Source: Eledone cirrhosa (taxonomy: Eukaryota). From it: 64,000 bases of DNA. Of the stretch, positions 13,173 to 27,375 are shown piece after piece (within the stretch, counting starts at the first letter, position 1; each line of letters starts with the position of its first letter). Where the stretch lies: the NCBI GenBank assembly GCA_964016885.1, contig OZ024746.1, positions 17,484,001 through 17,548,000 of the forward strand. Reading direction: 5' to 3'. The notes under the pieces are model-generated. The model was given only the letters and a program-made list of their open reading frames with translations. It made no database searches and was not told where the DNA came from. Both the position numbers and the translations under genes were made by a program.

Positions 13173-14784
13173 TAATTTATTAGAAATATGGTAATAAAAG
13201 GGTTAAGAGTATATTATCTTATCCATGGGGTCAGTGACACATGTATAGATGTCTGAAAATTTTAAAATCTTTTTAACAACTTATTTCATCCATGAGGTCA
13301 GTGACACATGTACAGATGAGATGTCTGAAAATTTTAAAATCCTTTTAACAACTCATTTCATACATGCTGACATTTAAAGTTTATATTTATCCTTTACAGA
13401 GTTAAACATATATATGTAATTATTTTGGAACTGAAGACATATTTTAGCCATTTGAAACACACCCACACATGCATGCACTCATACACAAGCATGCACCCTC
13501 ACACACACACATCCACATGCACATATACATTCACATGCATGCATCCACACACACACATACATGCACACATTCATACATACATGCACATATGCATACATAT
13601 TTAGCTGAAAGTGTTGTCAACAACCAGGGCTGAATTAAGCTTGCAAGGGGCCCCCTGGATGAACACTTCACTAGGGTCCTTGCGTTAAACTGCTTTTAAT
13701 TTAATAGAGAAACAACAGATTTAGGTATCTGCCCCTGTCAGAACCTAGTGACATTCATCATCATCATCATTTAACATTCACACTCCCTGCTAGCAAGGGT
13801 TGAACAAGTCAGTATTGAAGCAGGGCTACTGATCTCCCAGTCAGACAGTGGGATCTGTATCCTGCTTACCTATGATCATATTAAATGTAGAGGAGAATGT
13901 TTAATATAATATCTATGGTAGTAAGAAAATTAATTTGGGGCTCTAATACTGGAGAGTTTTATTTACAACTGCTTCCTTCTCCCTCCCATCCCAGCTAAAT
14001 CTACTCCCGTCAGCAATTCTCCACCACCACCACCACCATCATCATTTAAGTTCATTTTTCTATGCTTGCATGGCTTGGATGAGTTCTTCTCAGCACAACA
14101 TCTCTTCACTCATTGCATTCCTTCATTATCTCCTCTATGAGTCTTAGCAATCTGAGACCAGCTCTCACCACCTCTGCCCAGGTCTACCTCTACTACAGTT
14201 TCCTTTCACTGGGATTTCCTGGCACTTCTTCACCTGCCTAATATAATATATTTGGTAGTAACAAAATTAATTCAGAGGGGAGGTTTTTTTAAATATTGTA
14301 GGGTTCTGTCTACAGCTCCCCATCCCCGCATCTCACCCCAGCTGAATATACCCCTGTCAGCAATTAGTGACAATGTATAATATATAAAACTCTGATGTTG
14401 TTGTATTTTGGAGTAAACATAAGTTCTATGTTGACAATAATGTGAACAACTTTGTTGAACAAATTCAGTCATGTTAAGGTGTCAAAACATTTCTCTCAAT
14501 TATTGCTGTTAAATATTGTTTATATAAATGTCAGTGTCACTGACATGACAGAGGAAAAGAGGTAGACATGGAAGAAAGTCTGTGCTTAACGAGTTTGCTT
14601 TGTAATGACATAGGCTTGGTTTCACTGCATGGTACCTTGGCCGTCTTCTACTATAGCTTCCAGTTAACCAATCCCTTGTGAGTGAAATTTGATTTGGTAG
14701 ACAGAAACAGCAGAAGCCTGTCATATATATATATATATATATATATAGAAAGATTTGAATGGATACAGTTTAGTTGAAAGGAAT

Positions 14785-14907
14785 TTATTGACACGTGTTT
14801 CTATAACAGTTACATAACCTGAAAACAGCTGCTATCTACAAAGTATTAGTTATGCAGACATTCAATATTTCAATGTTATTATCTACTGTCATTTCATCAG
14901 AATAATA
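14785..14907 (-). ncRNA. type I hammerhead-ribozyme-like motif with long stem II
   Basis: Minus strand: UUAUU-CUGAUGA-A-AUGACAGU...ACUGUUAU-A-GAAACACGUGUC-AAUAA. Confidence 0.55.
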
Positions 14908-15075
14908 TTACTGAGGACCTGTTTGGTTTTTATATTTTTCTCCGGATTACTTTTGGAACTACAACTGGAACCATCGAGCAAACTCTATGTGAGCTGTCAA
15001 TCTACTGTGTGTAACATTTATAATACAACACAACGGAAAATACTGTATATATATATATATATATACATATATATA

Positions 15076-15460
15076 GTTATAGCACAACTGATCAGAGGCT
15101 CATTTAACGTAGAGGAGCTGTAGTTTGGATTTGTGCCAGGTAAAAGTACCACTGATGCCCTCTTCCTGAGGCAACTGCAGGAGAAGTACCTAGCTAAAAG
15201 TAAACCCTTCTACTTGGCATTTGTGGACGTGGAGAAAGCCTTTGACAGAATCCCTGATTCTATTATCTGGTGGGCTCTTAGAAAACTAGTAGATGAGTGG
15301 ATTGTGAGAGCAATACAAGCCATGTATAGAAGAATAGCCATCAAGGTTAGAATTAACAACGACTGGCTGCCCATGGACATTTCTGTATGTAGATGATCTA
15401 ACCTTTATAACTGAATCTATGACAGAACTAGAGAAGAAATGCCAAATCTGTAAGCAAGGC
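15076..15460 (+). mobile_element. degraded RTE RT fragment
   Basis: PGKSTTDALFLRQLQEKYLAKSKPFYLAFVDVEKAFDRIP. Confidence 0.85.
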
Positions 15461-16131
15461 CACATCAGGCCCATGCTATCCCTGTTTCCTCAGTGTTAAA
15501 GTCTGTCCTAAACCTGGAAGCCCATCAGACCAGTGTTTATTCCGGTGTCAACATGAAGCGAGTGTGAGTACAATACTTCCCCATGGGCTGGACACCAATC
15601 AATCACAAAGTTAACTCCCAGCTATTGCTGGTACTAATTTTCAGCTGAGTGTACTGGAGCAACGTAAATTTAAGAACCTATGACATTATGATCGGTAGTC
15701 CAACTCCTTAACCACTTGGCCACGTGCCTTTTTAATATTACAATATTTGCAATAAATTAAAGTTATGAAATAAAAGACCGTTGGTTAAGAAATCAGAAAC
15801 CTTCACAGTTGTCTCCCTTACCATATTTCTTATCGTATTTAAGTTGCCTTTGATTTATTTCTAATGTTAAATATTAAAATGTGGGTAGTGGATTGGTTGG
15901 TAGAGAGTCAGATAAAATTCTATTATGGTATATGTTCTGGCTCTTTACATACAGAGTTGAAATCCCACCGTGGTCTGCTTGGCTTTTCAGCTTTACTGGA
16001 TTGATAAAATAAAGTACAAGTCAAGTACTGGTTTGATTTAATCAACTTTTTACCCTGCGTACAAATTTGCAGGCCACGTGCCTAAATTAGAAATCAATGT
16101 TAAAACATTAGAAATAACCAAAGTCATATAT

Positions 16132-16215
16132 GAGGGTCGGCTGAAAAGTTCATAGGCTGACCAAGATACTCTCATGGAATGACAAAATGAGGTATATTTT
16201 TCAACATAGTCTCTG
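16132..16215 (+). mobile_element. mariner-like terminal fragment
   Basis: TA|TGAGGGTCGGCTGAAAAGTTCATAGGCT resembles mariner TIRs. No partner TIR was seen. Confidence 0.4.
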
Positions 16216-16294
16216 GAAAGAAACAATGCAGTTATTAATGAAAAGGGTTAAAATTAATGCATGCAAGATTTCACTATTTGTAAAAAATCGTTGT

Positions 16295-16334
<40 letters not shown>

Positions 16335-16339
<5 letters not shown>

Positions 16340-17430
16340 ATACTTTGGGAGGGTCATGTTGCCAATAAAAACACACGCACCTGTTGGATTTCACTTCAAT
16401 TTATTATAAATTTCCGGTTGGTTGGTTGGTTCGATAACCAGACGGTTGATTATATATTGTCAAAGCTCTTTCGTCACACATTCTGTGACCTCCTCGTCGT
16501 CTTGTTTTTGTGTGTTGTGTGATTAGTTTGCGCATGCGTTTCATCCGAGTGTGGGTGGGTTTTTATTTATTTATCTATGTGTTTATTTACTTGTCACTAG
16601 TTGTTTGTTTGTTCTCTCTATGTGTGTCTGATTTGTTTTGTTAGTTTGGTTTTTGTGGTTGTCTGTATGTCTTCATTTTTTTTTTGTCCTTAATTACTAG
16701 TTGTGATGTTGCTATTCCACTCATGTTTTCTGTTTAATTTTGGTTGGAGTTCGTCGCCTCTGTGATTTGTCTGAGCATCGCATCTTTTCTGTGCGTGAAT
16801 ATAATTTTTATCTCTATGCTCTCTAATGTGCCGCCATGTTCTATTTTGGAATCTTGGTGGAGTAGAAATGAGTTTTTCCCATCCTGGAGTTATCGCCAGT
16901 GTTCACTTATTCTTTCTCCTATTCTACAAGCTGTTTCACATATGTTTGTTATATTCTTATTCCTACACTGTCCGCCAGTACATCTTATGCTATATACTAC
17001 GTTCCTAGTTTTGCGGGCTTAACTTGCAGACTATGCATTTCCTATCAGTGCAGGGGATTCTTTGAAATGCGTATGTTTTACTAATTAGGGTTTTTATGGG
17101 AATACCTGGTCTTTCAGTTAATTTGAGCTTGTCTAAGGCCCTTCTAAATCTGTAAGCTATTTCGCTTCTAGGGGTTGTATTGACGAACATTACACTCTGG
17201 TATTTATTTCTATCATACCATGAGTTGATTCTATTTGTCTTATTCCTAATTCTTTGTATTCTGTTCCAAAATGTTCTCCAATACATGGAGTAAGACCCAT
17301 CTGCATCATTTTCTACAATCTTTGCCCATTTGGTTCTGGCTCTTTTATATACCACGATCTTGTCTCTCTGATTGTAGCCAGAGAACTGCATGCGGTGGAT
17401 GAAGTGTTGTATGTGTCTCTCTAATTCTTT
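16335..17430 (-). mobile_element. Penelope-like element 3' fragment (RT thumb, Cys-rich linker, GIY-YIG endonuclease, terminal repeat), degraded
   Basis: ORF 17005-17391 (SGY..., PCTDRKCIVC), then frameshifted CKTRNVVYSIRC...ICETACRIGERISEH...LRQITEA (GIY-YIG). Related terminal sequence recurs near 40490 and 60630. Confidence 0.75.
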
Positions 17431-19150
17431 TTATGTGATCCAAAACAGCTGAGTTTCGGTGGATCAGGAGGTCATGGGTTTGGCATTAGACATGTTTTAG
17501 ATAAATCTTACAAAACAAATTCAAAAACGAAGTATATACAACGATTTTTTACAGTCTGCTGTTCCTTCACATTTTCTTTCCCTTTTTTCTCCTTTTCTTT
17601 TTTATTGCAAATATTATATAATCCAACTGAAATTTGTTAAATAAAATAAAATACAGAATTTTCATTTTTGTAATGAGTTTTATTGCAAGCCAACGGTTCA
17701 ACATCTGTTGAACTTCCGGTTTTGTGAAAAAAATAACGTTATAAAATATATATTTATCTTTCATAAATAAACTATTATTCAAATAAATTAAATTTCTCAT
17801 TGTTAAATTTATTACAGTATTTATATTTTAATAATTCCATTTTCATATTTTAAATTTTTATACATTATGTAATAACAACCACAGACACTGCAGCAACGCT
17901 TCTTTACTGCGCACACACACACACACACACATATATATACATGCATATACTGAATCAATGTTTCTGTTTCACATACACACACTGAATCAACGCTTGTATT
18001 CTGGACACACATACACACACACAGGTAAACGTAGGGAGAGAGACAATCATATGAAAAAAAGTTTTAATATATTAATAATTTCTTTAATGAAATATATTTT
18101 AATATTTACTAAAAAGAAATTCCCCAAGACAACAACATTTTATCCCTTTACGTTGTATTAACAAAATAAATATGAACCGTTCTGTAATGAAGTTATCTAA
18201 TAATTAATATTAAAGTGCGAGATTACTACTTGATATATGTTATTAACTGCGGTACTTCGTTATTGTCACAAACCAGCTTGAGAAAAGAAGGTTAGATATT
18301 GTATATGTTTTGGGCCTTTTATATATTCTGGCATTACTAACCAGAAATATATCTCTTTATAAATTTATCTATATTTTAGTCGTAGATATTATACTTAGTT
18401 TCTCATCAAAATCTTATATATTTTTTCTCGTCTTTGCATGTCTCTTCACTTAAAACATTATTTATTTATTGTATTTTGTCTCGACTCGATCACCTTGATT
18501 GATTAAAATTTTTTTTATTTATTTGGCTAATTTTAGTTCAGTTTTATTATTATTAATTCACCTGGTCTTCTTTTGTTGGTTATATTTTTATGTTGTTTTT
18601 TTAACGTTTTGAAAGTTTCTCTTATCCATATATATATATATAAGTGCTGGCCATTTTCCGCCTAGAAAAATATTTTACCCAATTCTCTGAGCTATTATTT
18701 ATAGTGATCGACTATTGTTAGTTATTTTCTGCGTTTGGGTTCCCCGATTTTTACACACAAATATATATACACTTTGTGTATCCATTTATTTAACACGACA
18801 GAACACAGACACACTCGTATATTGTGTCCATTTAACACGAACAGAACACACACACACACAGGTGTGTGTATATGACATGTATGTATATTTATACTATGAA
18901 CAATTTTTACCGTTAATGTGTTTTGATTAAGAAACCGAACAAAATCAAACCCACTTTATAATAATACATCTAGGCCAAATATATACATTTACTTATATAT
19001 AATTTGTGTCTAAAATATTTGATTTCCAAAATACACATTGACCTCCATATATTGTACTTTGAGAAATAAAATATTGTACAGGGTTTTTATTAAATACTTA
19101 GTTAATTAGTAGTGTAACTTTCTATAATTACTGACAAATCCATTCCATTG

Positions 19151-19182
<32 letters not shown>

Positions 19183-22100
19183 ATGCATAAAGAAATGATT
19201 AAATACTATTTACATCCGTATTGATTAAACCGACTTTCCTAGATGACTTCTAATTACAATTAATTAAATAATAATAATAATAATTGTAATTTATTTGAAT
19301 TATATTTAGTAAAAAAAAAACGCAAGGAATATTTTTAAAAATTTATTTATGTAACACTTAAAAAAACCTTTACGAAAACCACCGCTTAAGACTAGTTTGT
19401 TGAGATCTTTTTTCTTTGTTTAAAATAATCACAAAGACATTTTTCTCATAAATATTTAAAAGAAAGAAAATTTTTTAGAGTCGATTTATTAATTTATTTA
19501 AAATATATTACACGCCATATTTGTATATTTCTAAATAGCAAAAATTCAACAAAAAAGTTGATATTTTCCTAATATTTAAAATTACTATTACAACCCATTT
19601 TCTAGGTTGTTTATTGACTGTTTTTATGATAAGAGACCCGATCAAATGAAATAAAGTGTCTTGCTGAAGAACAACGCACCACCCTATCAAAGATTGAGCC
19701 CACTACTCAATCACTGGGCCATTTCATTTAATGAAAGTGAACTACTTGTAGTTGACCATGGCTAATAACTATTTCATTGAGAAGTGGTTTTTAATTACTC
19801 GTGAATCATATCACCGTAATATCATTCTGTCACAAATTGCTGCCATTACTTGAATTTTTCATCATCAAGCACGCTATAAAGTGTTACATCACTACTGATT
19901 CATCTATTTAAAGACCTGTTGTTTAGCCCCAGGTCAGTTCTGCTTCTGCAGGCTTCTTTATCAAAGATGTACCATCCATCACCGTCACATTTTACATGCG
20001 GATATAATGTACCGTATTTTTCGGAATATAAGACGTACTCTAAATTTTGAAGAAATAAGTTTGGGATATACAGCTGTATATATATATATGACTTGTGTAT
20101 AGAATGCGTATATATTATTATTAGTATTTTGAATGTAGTGGATTGGCACAACCGTTAGAATACCGGACAAAATGCTTAGTTGCATTTGTTATAGTTCTTT
20201 ATGTTCAGATTTGTCTTTCAATCTTCCAGGTTCGATAAAGTACCAATCAAGTATTGTGGTCAATTTAATCGACCCCCCCCCCCACCTCTCTGAAATTGCT
20301 GGCCTTGTGCCTAAATTTGAAACCTTCCGTGTATATGATACAAGCAGATTTTGACATCAAAGTTTTGGGTTGAAAGAGTCCGTCTTATACACTAGAACAA
20401 TATTCTGTGTCTTTTGGTTGCTATTTTTAAAAAGAGAGTAGAATGTGATTTGAGGGAACCGTAGCTGCTATTTCTAGCATTCATTCCTTGATGGTTCGAC
20501 TAAAAATGGGGAGAATTTGTTTGTTCACATTGGCTGACTAATATTTCTTAAAGCCAAAAGGTTTTTAAAGGTCAAACAGGTTCGGTGAAATAAAAAAAAA
20601 TATATAAATTAATTGTTCAAGATTTAGGTCAGTTAGCTAATTAGCTTAAGAACAATATTGTCTAATTACAAATGATAGTTTTACTGGGAACATGCAACAG
20701 CTGAATATATTTAGAATGTATTTTTATTTAAATATAAATATATTCTATTCCAACACAAAAGGTTGATGTTAGGAAGGGTATCTGGGTGTAAAATATTGCC
20801 TGAAAAATCTCGTCCAACCCATGACAACATGGAAAAGTCGACATGAAAATGATACACACTGGCTTATATTACATTCATGTTAGTGTTTTTCATTTGTGTT
20901 GGTGGTCTCTAGAAACTATTCTTTGACTCAATCACTGTTAGTTCTCATAAATAATAATTTCTTTATAAGGGTTTGCACATAGAATACAGTTAAACATAGG
21001 GAGTTACAATACACGTGGGGTTAAACAAACAAGGTATATATATATAATGGAGGTTTAATATAGAAAAGGCTTCTACAGGACTAGAACTGTTTCATTTGTA
21101 TGATTTCATACAAATGAAATTGTTCTAGTCTTGTAGAAGCCTTTTCTATATTAAACCTCCATTATCGTCACTCTACCTATGTAATGAGTACCTTATTTTC
21201 TGTGGTTATCCCCTATTCTACTCGGGATCAACATATATATTTATATTATATAAATATAAAATGAGGGGGAAAGGCAAGATTAATTTGATAAGACATGAAA
21301 TAATTATAAAACAATAATTAACTGGCGGTAAACGGAGGCAGGGTTGCCCAAGGATCACCTGGCGACGAACGTTCCGGAAGGACCTGATGGCAGCCAACAT
21401 CACCTGGCACGGTCTCGAAAAAGTTGCTGCTGATCATGACCGTTGGCGAGTACTTACTGCTCGATGCGCTGAGCGGTGCGGAAGAATCTAAGACTAAGAT
21501 CATATATTAACATAGACACCATTTAGGGGTCACCCCACATTTCTGTTCACCCACCATGCCCATGCATTATATATTTCCCAAGGATCACCAAAAGCCCCTT
21601 GTAAGCATTTCTATAATAATGGTTTCAGATTTAGGCACAAGGCCAACAATTTTGGCGAAGGGAAGAGTCAATTAAATTAACTCCAGTGTGTTACTGGTAC
21701 TTTATTGACCCTGTAAGGATGAAAGGCAAAGCTAACTTCGGTGGGATTTGAACTCAGAACATAAAGGACTAATTATATACTGCAAAGCATATTGTCCAAT
21801 GCTCTGCTGATTCTCCCAATCCACTGCTCTCATTTTTATACTAATGATATTCAGTTTGTTTTGAGTGGCATGGATTGGGCCAATCTTGAGAATTGCTTAT
21901 CTTTATTTCTGTGTTGTTTGTCAGTTATATAAGATAGTTTGAGAATTTTGTTTACTGAACTCTGTACCCAATATAGATATCTACTATTACAAACCTCTGA
22001 TATATTTTCTTCTTGTGGTATGTGTCGTTGTTTTGTCTGAGCAGAATTATGATTAGAAGTATTTCAAGTTGCTATCGTACCAGTTTTTATTTAAGGTATA

Positions 22101-25056
22101 AGATAAGGTGTTGTGGATTGGCAGAATTGTTAGAGCATCAGACAAATGCTTTGTGGCATTTGAGTTCAAATCACACAAAGGTCAACTTTGCTTTTCATCT
22201 TTTTGAAGTCAATTAAATAAAATACCAATCAATTTCTAGGGTTGATTTAGTCTTCTCTCAAATTGCTGGCCTTATTCCAAAATTAAAACCCAGTTAAGGA
22301 CTATAATAAATGTCTTTCTTTTGGTTTTCTTATGTTGTCTTTTAACTCTAGGCTGGTCCATGGCTTTATTTAAGGTATAAAGTATCTAACATAATTATCC
22401 AGAGTATGTCTCCCTCTTTGAAGGAGATTTGGTTGATATTTCTACCAAGGTGACAGCTACTTTATGGAGCCATCCTTCCTCTCTTTGACTTGTTCTAATG
22501 ATTGACATCATCATCTCTGGTTCAACAGCTCATTCCTTGATTCACAAACTTAGTTCATCTATTCCAGTTTAACAGTTCATTCATTGGTTTATAAGCTCAG
22601 TTCATCTATTCCAGCTCCTTATTCATGTTTCATTGCTTCTATACAGAATTAAGATTCTGAAACTTATCTAAACTAACAGCAGATAAATTTGGTTGAGACA
22701 GTATGGTGTTAATTTAAAGGTGGTTTGGTTGATCTTTCTACCCGGAAGAGCAGCCATCAAACTCCAGATTGTTGTTGTTATTGTTATAGTCTCTGATCAG
22801 CTGGGATCAGAGGTGTCCCAGCCTTGATCAACCTGTCTTTTAGGATATTAATGACTGCATTGTCTAGTCTGACATTCCTTTTTGTGTTAAGACAGCAGTA
22901 GAAAAACCTATTTTAGTCTCCATTCGAAATGTTTCAAATAGAATATAAAGACTCATTAAAAAAATTCTCTTGTGTAGATCAGTCTTTTTAGGCAGCTAGT
23001 CACTTTAACCAATAATTTACAAACCATTTGAACCCTCTTGTTACCAAACCACCCGAAAAGGCCTCCTGTTTTAAACTGTTTGTTTAAAATTTATATTTAT
23101 CTAAAAACCTTACAACATAATTTTCTGTAAGAACCTTTATTATGTTCTAAACACCAGCTTGATAATAGGAAATTACTGAAAATTTTAGATTATTTTCAAT
23201 TTTTGTTTGTTTGTAAACAATAGACAGTCTTTCATTAGAAATATGGTAATAAAAGAATTAATATCTGATTAATGCCTCTACCTCAGTCATCACTCAGATG
23301 ATATTTTTCTTCTTTGCCCACTTATTCCTAGGAGGGTCGTGGGGGCAGAGACCTCAAACACTTCTTTCAGTGGGTCCTGTCAGAAGCAGCCATCTCCTAT
23401 TGATCCGGCTGGATCAGCTGAGCTCATGGATGTTATTGATGGTCATATAGTACTTCAATCAAACTCATTTGAAAAATATTTTCACATGAAAATGATTAGT
23501 AATGGTAACTTTTCTATAAATATCTTCATTATCATCATCTTACATCCACTTTCTATATTGGCATGGGTTGGATAGGTTGTTATTGACCAAGTCAGTTTTT
23601 ATTCAGGATGGGGGACTATTGGGCTTATATTTGACAATTCTGGCATAGTTTCTACAGCTGGATTCCCTTTCTAACACCAACTACTAATATTTGGTTTATA
23701 GTTGCAGTTCTTTATGTTCTGAGTTCACCTTATCTTCCATCTTTATAAGGTTCCTATAATAATATCGGGTTCATTTAGCCCCTTTATTATCATATTTTTC
23801 TTAAAAATCACTGTCTATGGTATTCAAATAATTTTGGGCATACTCCAAAATTCAGAGGGATTTAGTAATAAAATTAATTTTATTAATATGAAGCTGGTGT
23901 TTGGAACATAATTCAACATAGGTTCTTACATTAGATTATGATGGGTGCTTTTAGGTAAATATAAACATTTTAAAACAAATATGTATTCCAGTTTTAGAAT
24001 TGTTTGTATGCCTGCATCTCATAAGAGGTATCTAGAAGAGCATCTGGCTGTAAAACATTCTCAAAATATCACATCCAACCCATGCCAGCATGGAAAACTG
24101 GACATGAAAATGAATCACAGTCTTGTGTTGTAGAACCAGGGTCAGTTTCAGGCATTTTGGTATCAAAAAGGTTAATTTAACTCCCTCCCCTATTCTTTGT
24201 TTTAAATGTCCTTGAAATCTCTTGAATCATTTGTCTGTGCTTTAGTTCCATATTGCTCACTCTTGCCACCACTATCAATGTCTCCTGTTTTAGTACTATA
24301 TTGCTCACCCTCCCCACATCCTATCAATGTCTCCTGTTTTAGTACTATATTGCTCACCCTCCCCACATCCTATCAGTGCTTCTTAAGCTGTGTTTAATAA
24401 TGTTGCTATGTCATGCAATCCAGTTCTATTACAAACATTATTATAACATTCTACATTCATTTCATCTTCCATTCTTTGCTCTCCTAAACAAAATCTATGT
24501 TATTTCACTCTGAAACATGTAGACACTTTTATTATTAGTAATTAGTTTAGGCCGGTGGATTGACAGAATCGGTAGAGTGTCAGATAAAATGTCATTGAAG
24601 TATTTTATCATAACCCTCTATGTTCTGGTTTCAAATCCTGCCAAGGTTAACTTTGCCTTTCATCTTTCTGAGGTTGATGAAATAAAGTAGCAGTAAAGTA
24701 CTGGGGTTGATATAGTCGACTCACCCCCTTCAAATAATTGGCCTTGTGTCAATAATAATAATCATTTCTTTATTGGCTGCTAAGTGGCCATTATCTATGA
24801 TGCAGTAAACAACTTTTCGGTGGGTCACAGCTATAATGATTAGATCAATCAACTCCTCTACAAGATGGTGACTTAATTATGACTAAAATGGCTTTTAATG
24901 AACAAGAGATAAATTATCTGGAGATAGATTGATAGATTTTTAAAAATTGCAAATTAGATCTCTCTTCAACAAGTTAGTATTCAAACCACCAGATGTTTTT
25001 TTTTGTAGTTATTTATATGATAAATTCTATATTTTCTGTTCCTATTTATTGTTAGA

Positions 25057-25440
25057 TATACTGTAATAGCTTAGTATTAATTACTTAACTAATGTCAGTT
25101 AATGTAAAAGTAATATACTGCAATAAGTTAGTATTAATTACTTAACTAATGTCAGTTAATGTAAAAGTAATATACTGCAATAAGTTAGTATTAATTACTT
25201 AACTAATATCAGTTAATAACAGTAATAGGTTAGTACTAATTACTTAACTAATATCAGTTAATAACAATAATATATACTGCAATAAGTTAGTACTAATTAC
25301 TTAACTAATATCAGTTAATAATAGTAATATACTGTAATAGGTTAGTATTATTTACTTAACTAATATCAGTTAAGTAAAAGTAATATACTGTAACAGGTTG
25401 GTATTAATCATTTAACTAATATCAGTTAAGTAAAAGCAAT
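25057..25440. repeat. AT-rich minisatellite, unit about 50-57 bp
   Basis: ttagtattaattacttaactaatatcagttaat...atatactgcaataag repeated about 7 times. Confidence 0.85.
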
Positions 25441-27046
25441 GAATAGTAGAATGTTGAAGCCCAGTTTAGTTAAGGTCATCTTAATTAATAAATAATCATT
25501 ATGTGATAAAGAAAAAAAAACTTAGTTTAGTGGCTAATATTAATTAACTCTTTCATTACTATATTTCTAATGAAAAACATTGCCTATCATTTTCTAATAA
25601 TTTAAAAAAGACATAATTTAGAAGGATTTAGTCCCATAACTTTCTGGTGATTAAACTTAACACAGGTTCTTACATAAAATTACGATGGAAGGTTTTTAGA
25701 TAACTATAAACACACATTAAAATAAAAGTTGTATCATAAATACAAAGGTGGTTTTAAACAGATTTGTATCAAAACAGCTTCAATCTTCTCATTTGATCCA
25801 ACCTTTCCTGCAAATATTCCTCCTTCCATTCTATTTTAGCAGTCTTATCATTATTGCACTCTTTTTGAAAATATTTAATAATTATTTGTTAAATTGTGTC
25901 TATTAAGTTTTCGTTCAGAGAATTCTTGGTAATTTCAAGAAAGGATTTTGTGTTTTGTGGTAGCATGTTGGTAGAACAGATATGTACAACATCTAACTTC
26001 AAGTATTTCTAACTAATATTGTTGTTATTGTTGCGACTCATGTCTGTGTAGGTTGTGCCAGCTACCCATTAGGTTATAACCCATTGAAGGTTACTTGGAC
26101 GTTTTAATGATAAGGGCACTCTGTCCAATCATAACTAGGAGTGTATGTTTCAGTAAATAATAACCTGGGCTCTCTAGTCTCATCACTAGTATGTGTTTTG
26201 ATAAATATTAATGCATACATAGTCCTAACATAATTACTGATAAGGGCCCCTAGTCCTATCATAACCAGTGATTTTGGGAGTCCTCTACTCCCATCATAAC
26301 CAGTGATGTTGAGGGTCCTCTAGTCCCATCATTACCAGTTATGTTGTCGGTCCCTTTGTCCCATCACATCTAATAATGTTGGAGCCCCCTAGTCTCATCA
26401 CAATCAGGGCTGTTGAGGGTCCCCTATTCCTATAATAACTACTAACATATATATCAGTAAATATTATTAAAGGACCTTCCACTGCGAGCACCACTAAAAA
26501 TATATGTTAAGAGAGCATCAGACAAAATGCTTTACATCCTTCTGAGGGTCATTGATAAAATTAAATACCAACCAAATACTTGGATCAATATAATCAACTT
26601 ACCCCTACCTTCAAATTGTTGACATTGTTCCTAAATTATATATCAATACTGTTGTATTTCTCCTGAGATCATGGATGACTGACCTTTTGTCTAAGTTAGA
26701 AATCATTCGTTAGCCCCTCCCCAGTCCTCAGTAAATGTTGATTATTAAATTTAAGTGTTTTTTTAGCAGTATTTTGTAAGGAATCAGTTGTTGGTTGATA
26801 TTGTTATTGGTTAAATACTTTCTTGTTCAGATGATTTCTTGTAAGTTAATGTAGTTTGAGGACAACAGAAAATGCTGGTGATAAAAAAAATGGTAGTTCT
26901 GCCATTTTGTGTTTCTGTTCACTGTGGTTGTTTCCAGATGAAGAGAATCAGTTCCATAGCTGCTAGAATCCTCCCTAGAGTGGGAATAAGATAGAGGAAT
27001 AGGGTGTAATTGTTGCAGTTAATGAATTCTATTTAAATTTCCGTAG

Positions 27047-27150
27047 GTTAGGAAACGGTTAGTTTATAAATATATAAACTGGATCTGATCAAAATACTTC
27101 GTATAAAAGATGGATCCTCAAATGAAATCTTTCCTTCAATGCTAACTGAG
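27047..27150 (+). other. probable 5' UTR exon of the ZC3H11A-like gene
   Basis: tttccgtAG acceptor and GAG|GTGAGT donor. No open frame connects to the main CDS. Confidence 0.55.
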
Positions 27151-27191
27151 GTGAGTATCTAACATTTTTATTATTTCATTTTCATAAATTA

Positions 27192-27375
27192 CTGTATAAA
27201 CTTGAATATAAGCCAACCCCCTTATTTTATGTCTGAGAAATGGGTAAAAATCCAAATCCCATTTATAAACTGAGGCAGCTAATCAACATGTTTAGATGGT
27301 GTATATAACTCCCCCTGTTCTACCATCTATTTTGTTTGTTCACATATTCCTCAGCTTATATTCGAGTATATATGG
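27192..27375. mobile_element. Tc2/pogo-like MITE (related copies at 27911-28064 and about 20012-20405)
   Basis: TA|CTGTATAAACTTGAATATAAGCC...GCTTATATTCGAGTATATATGG|TA. Confidence 0.65.
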
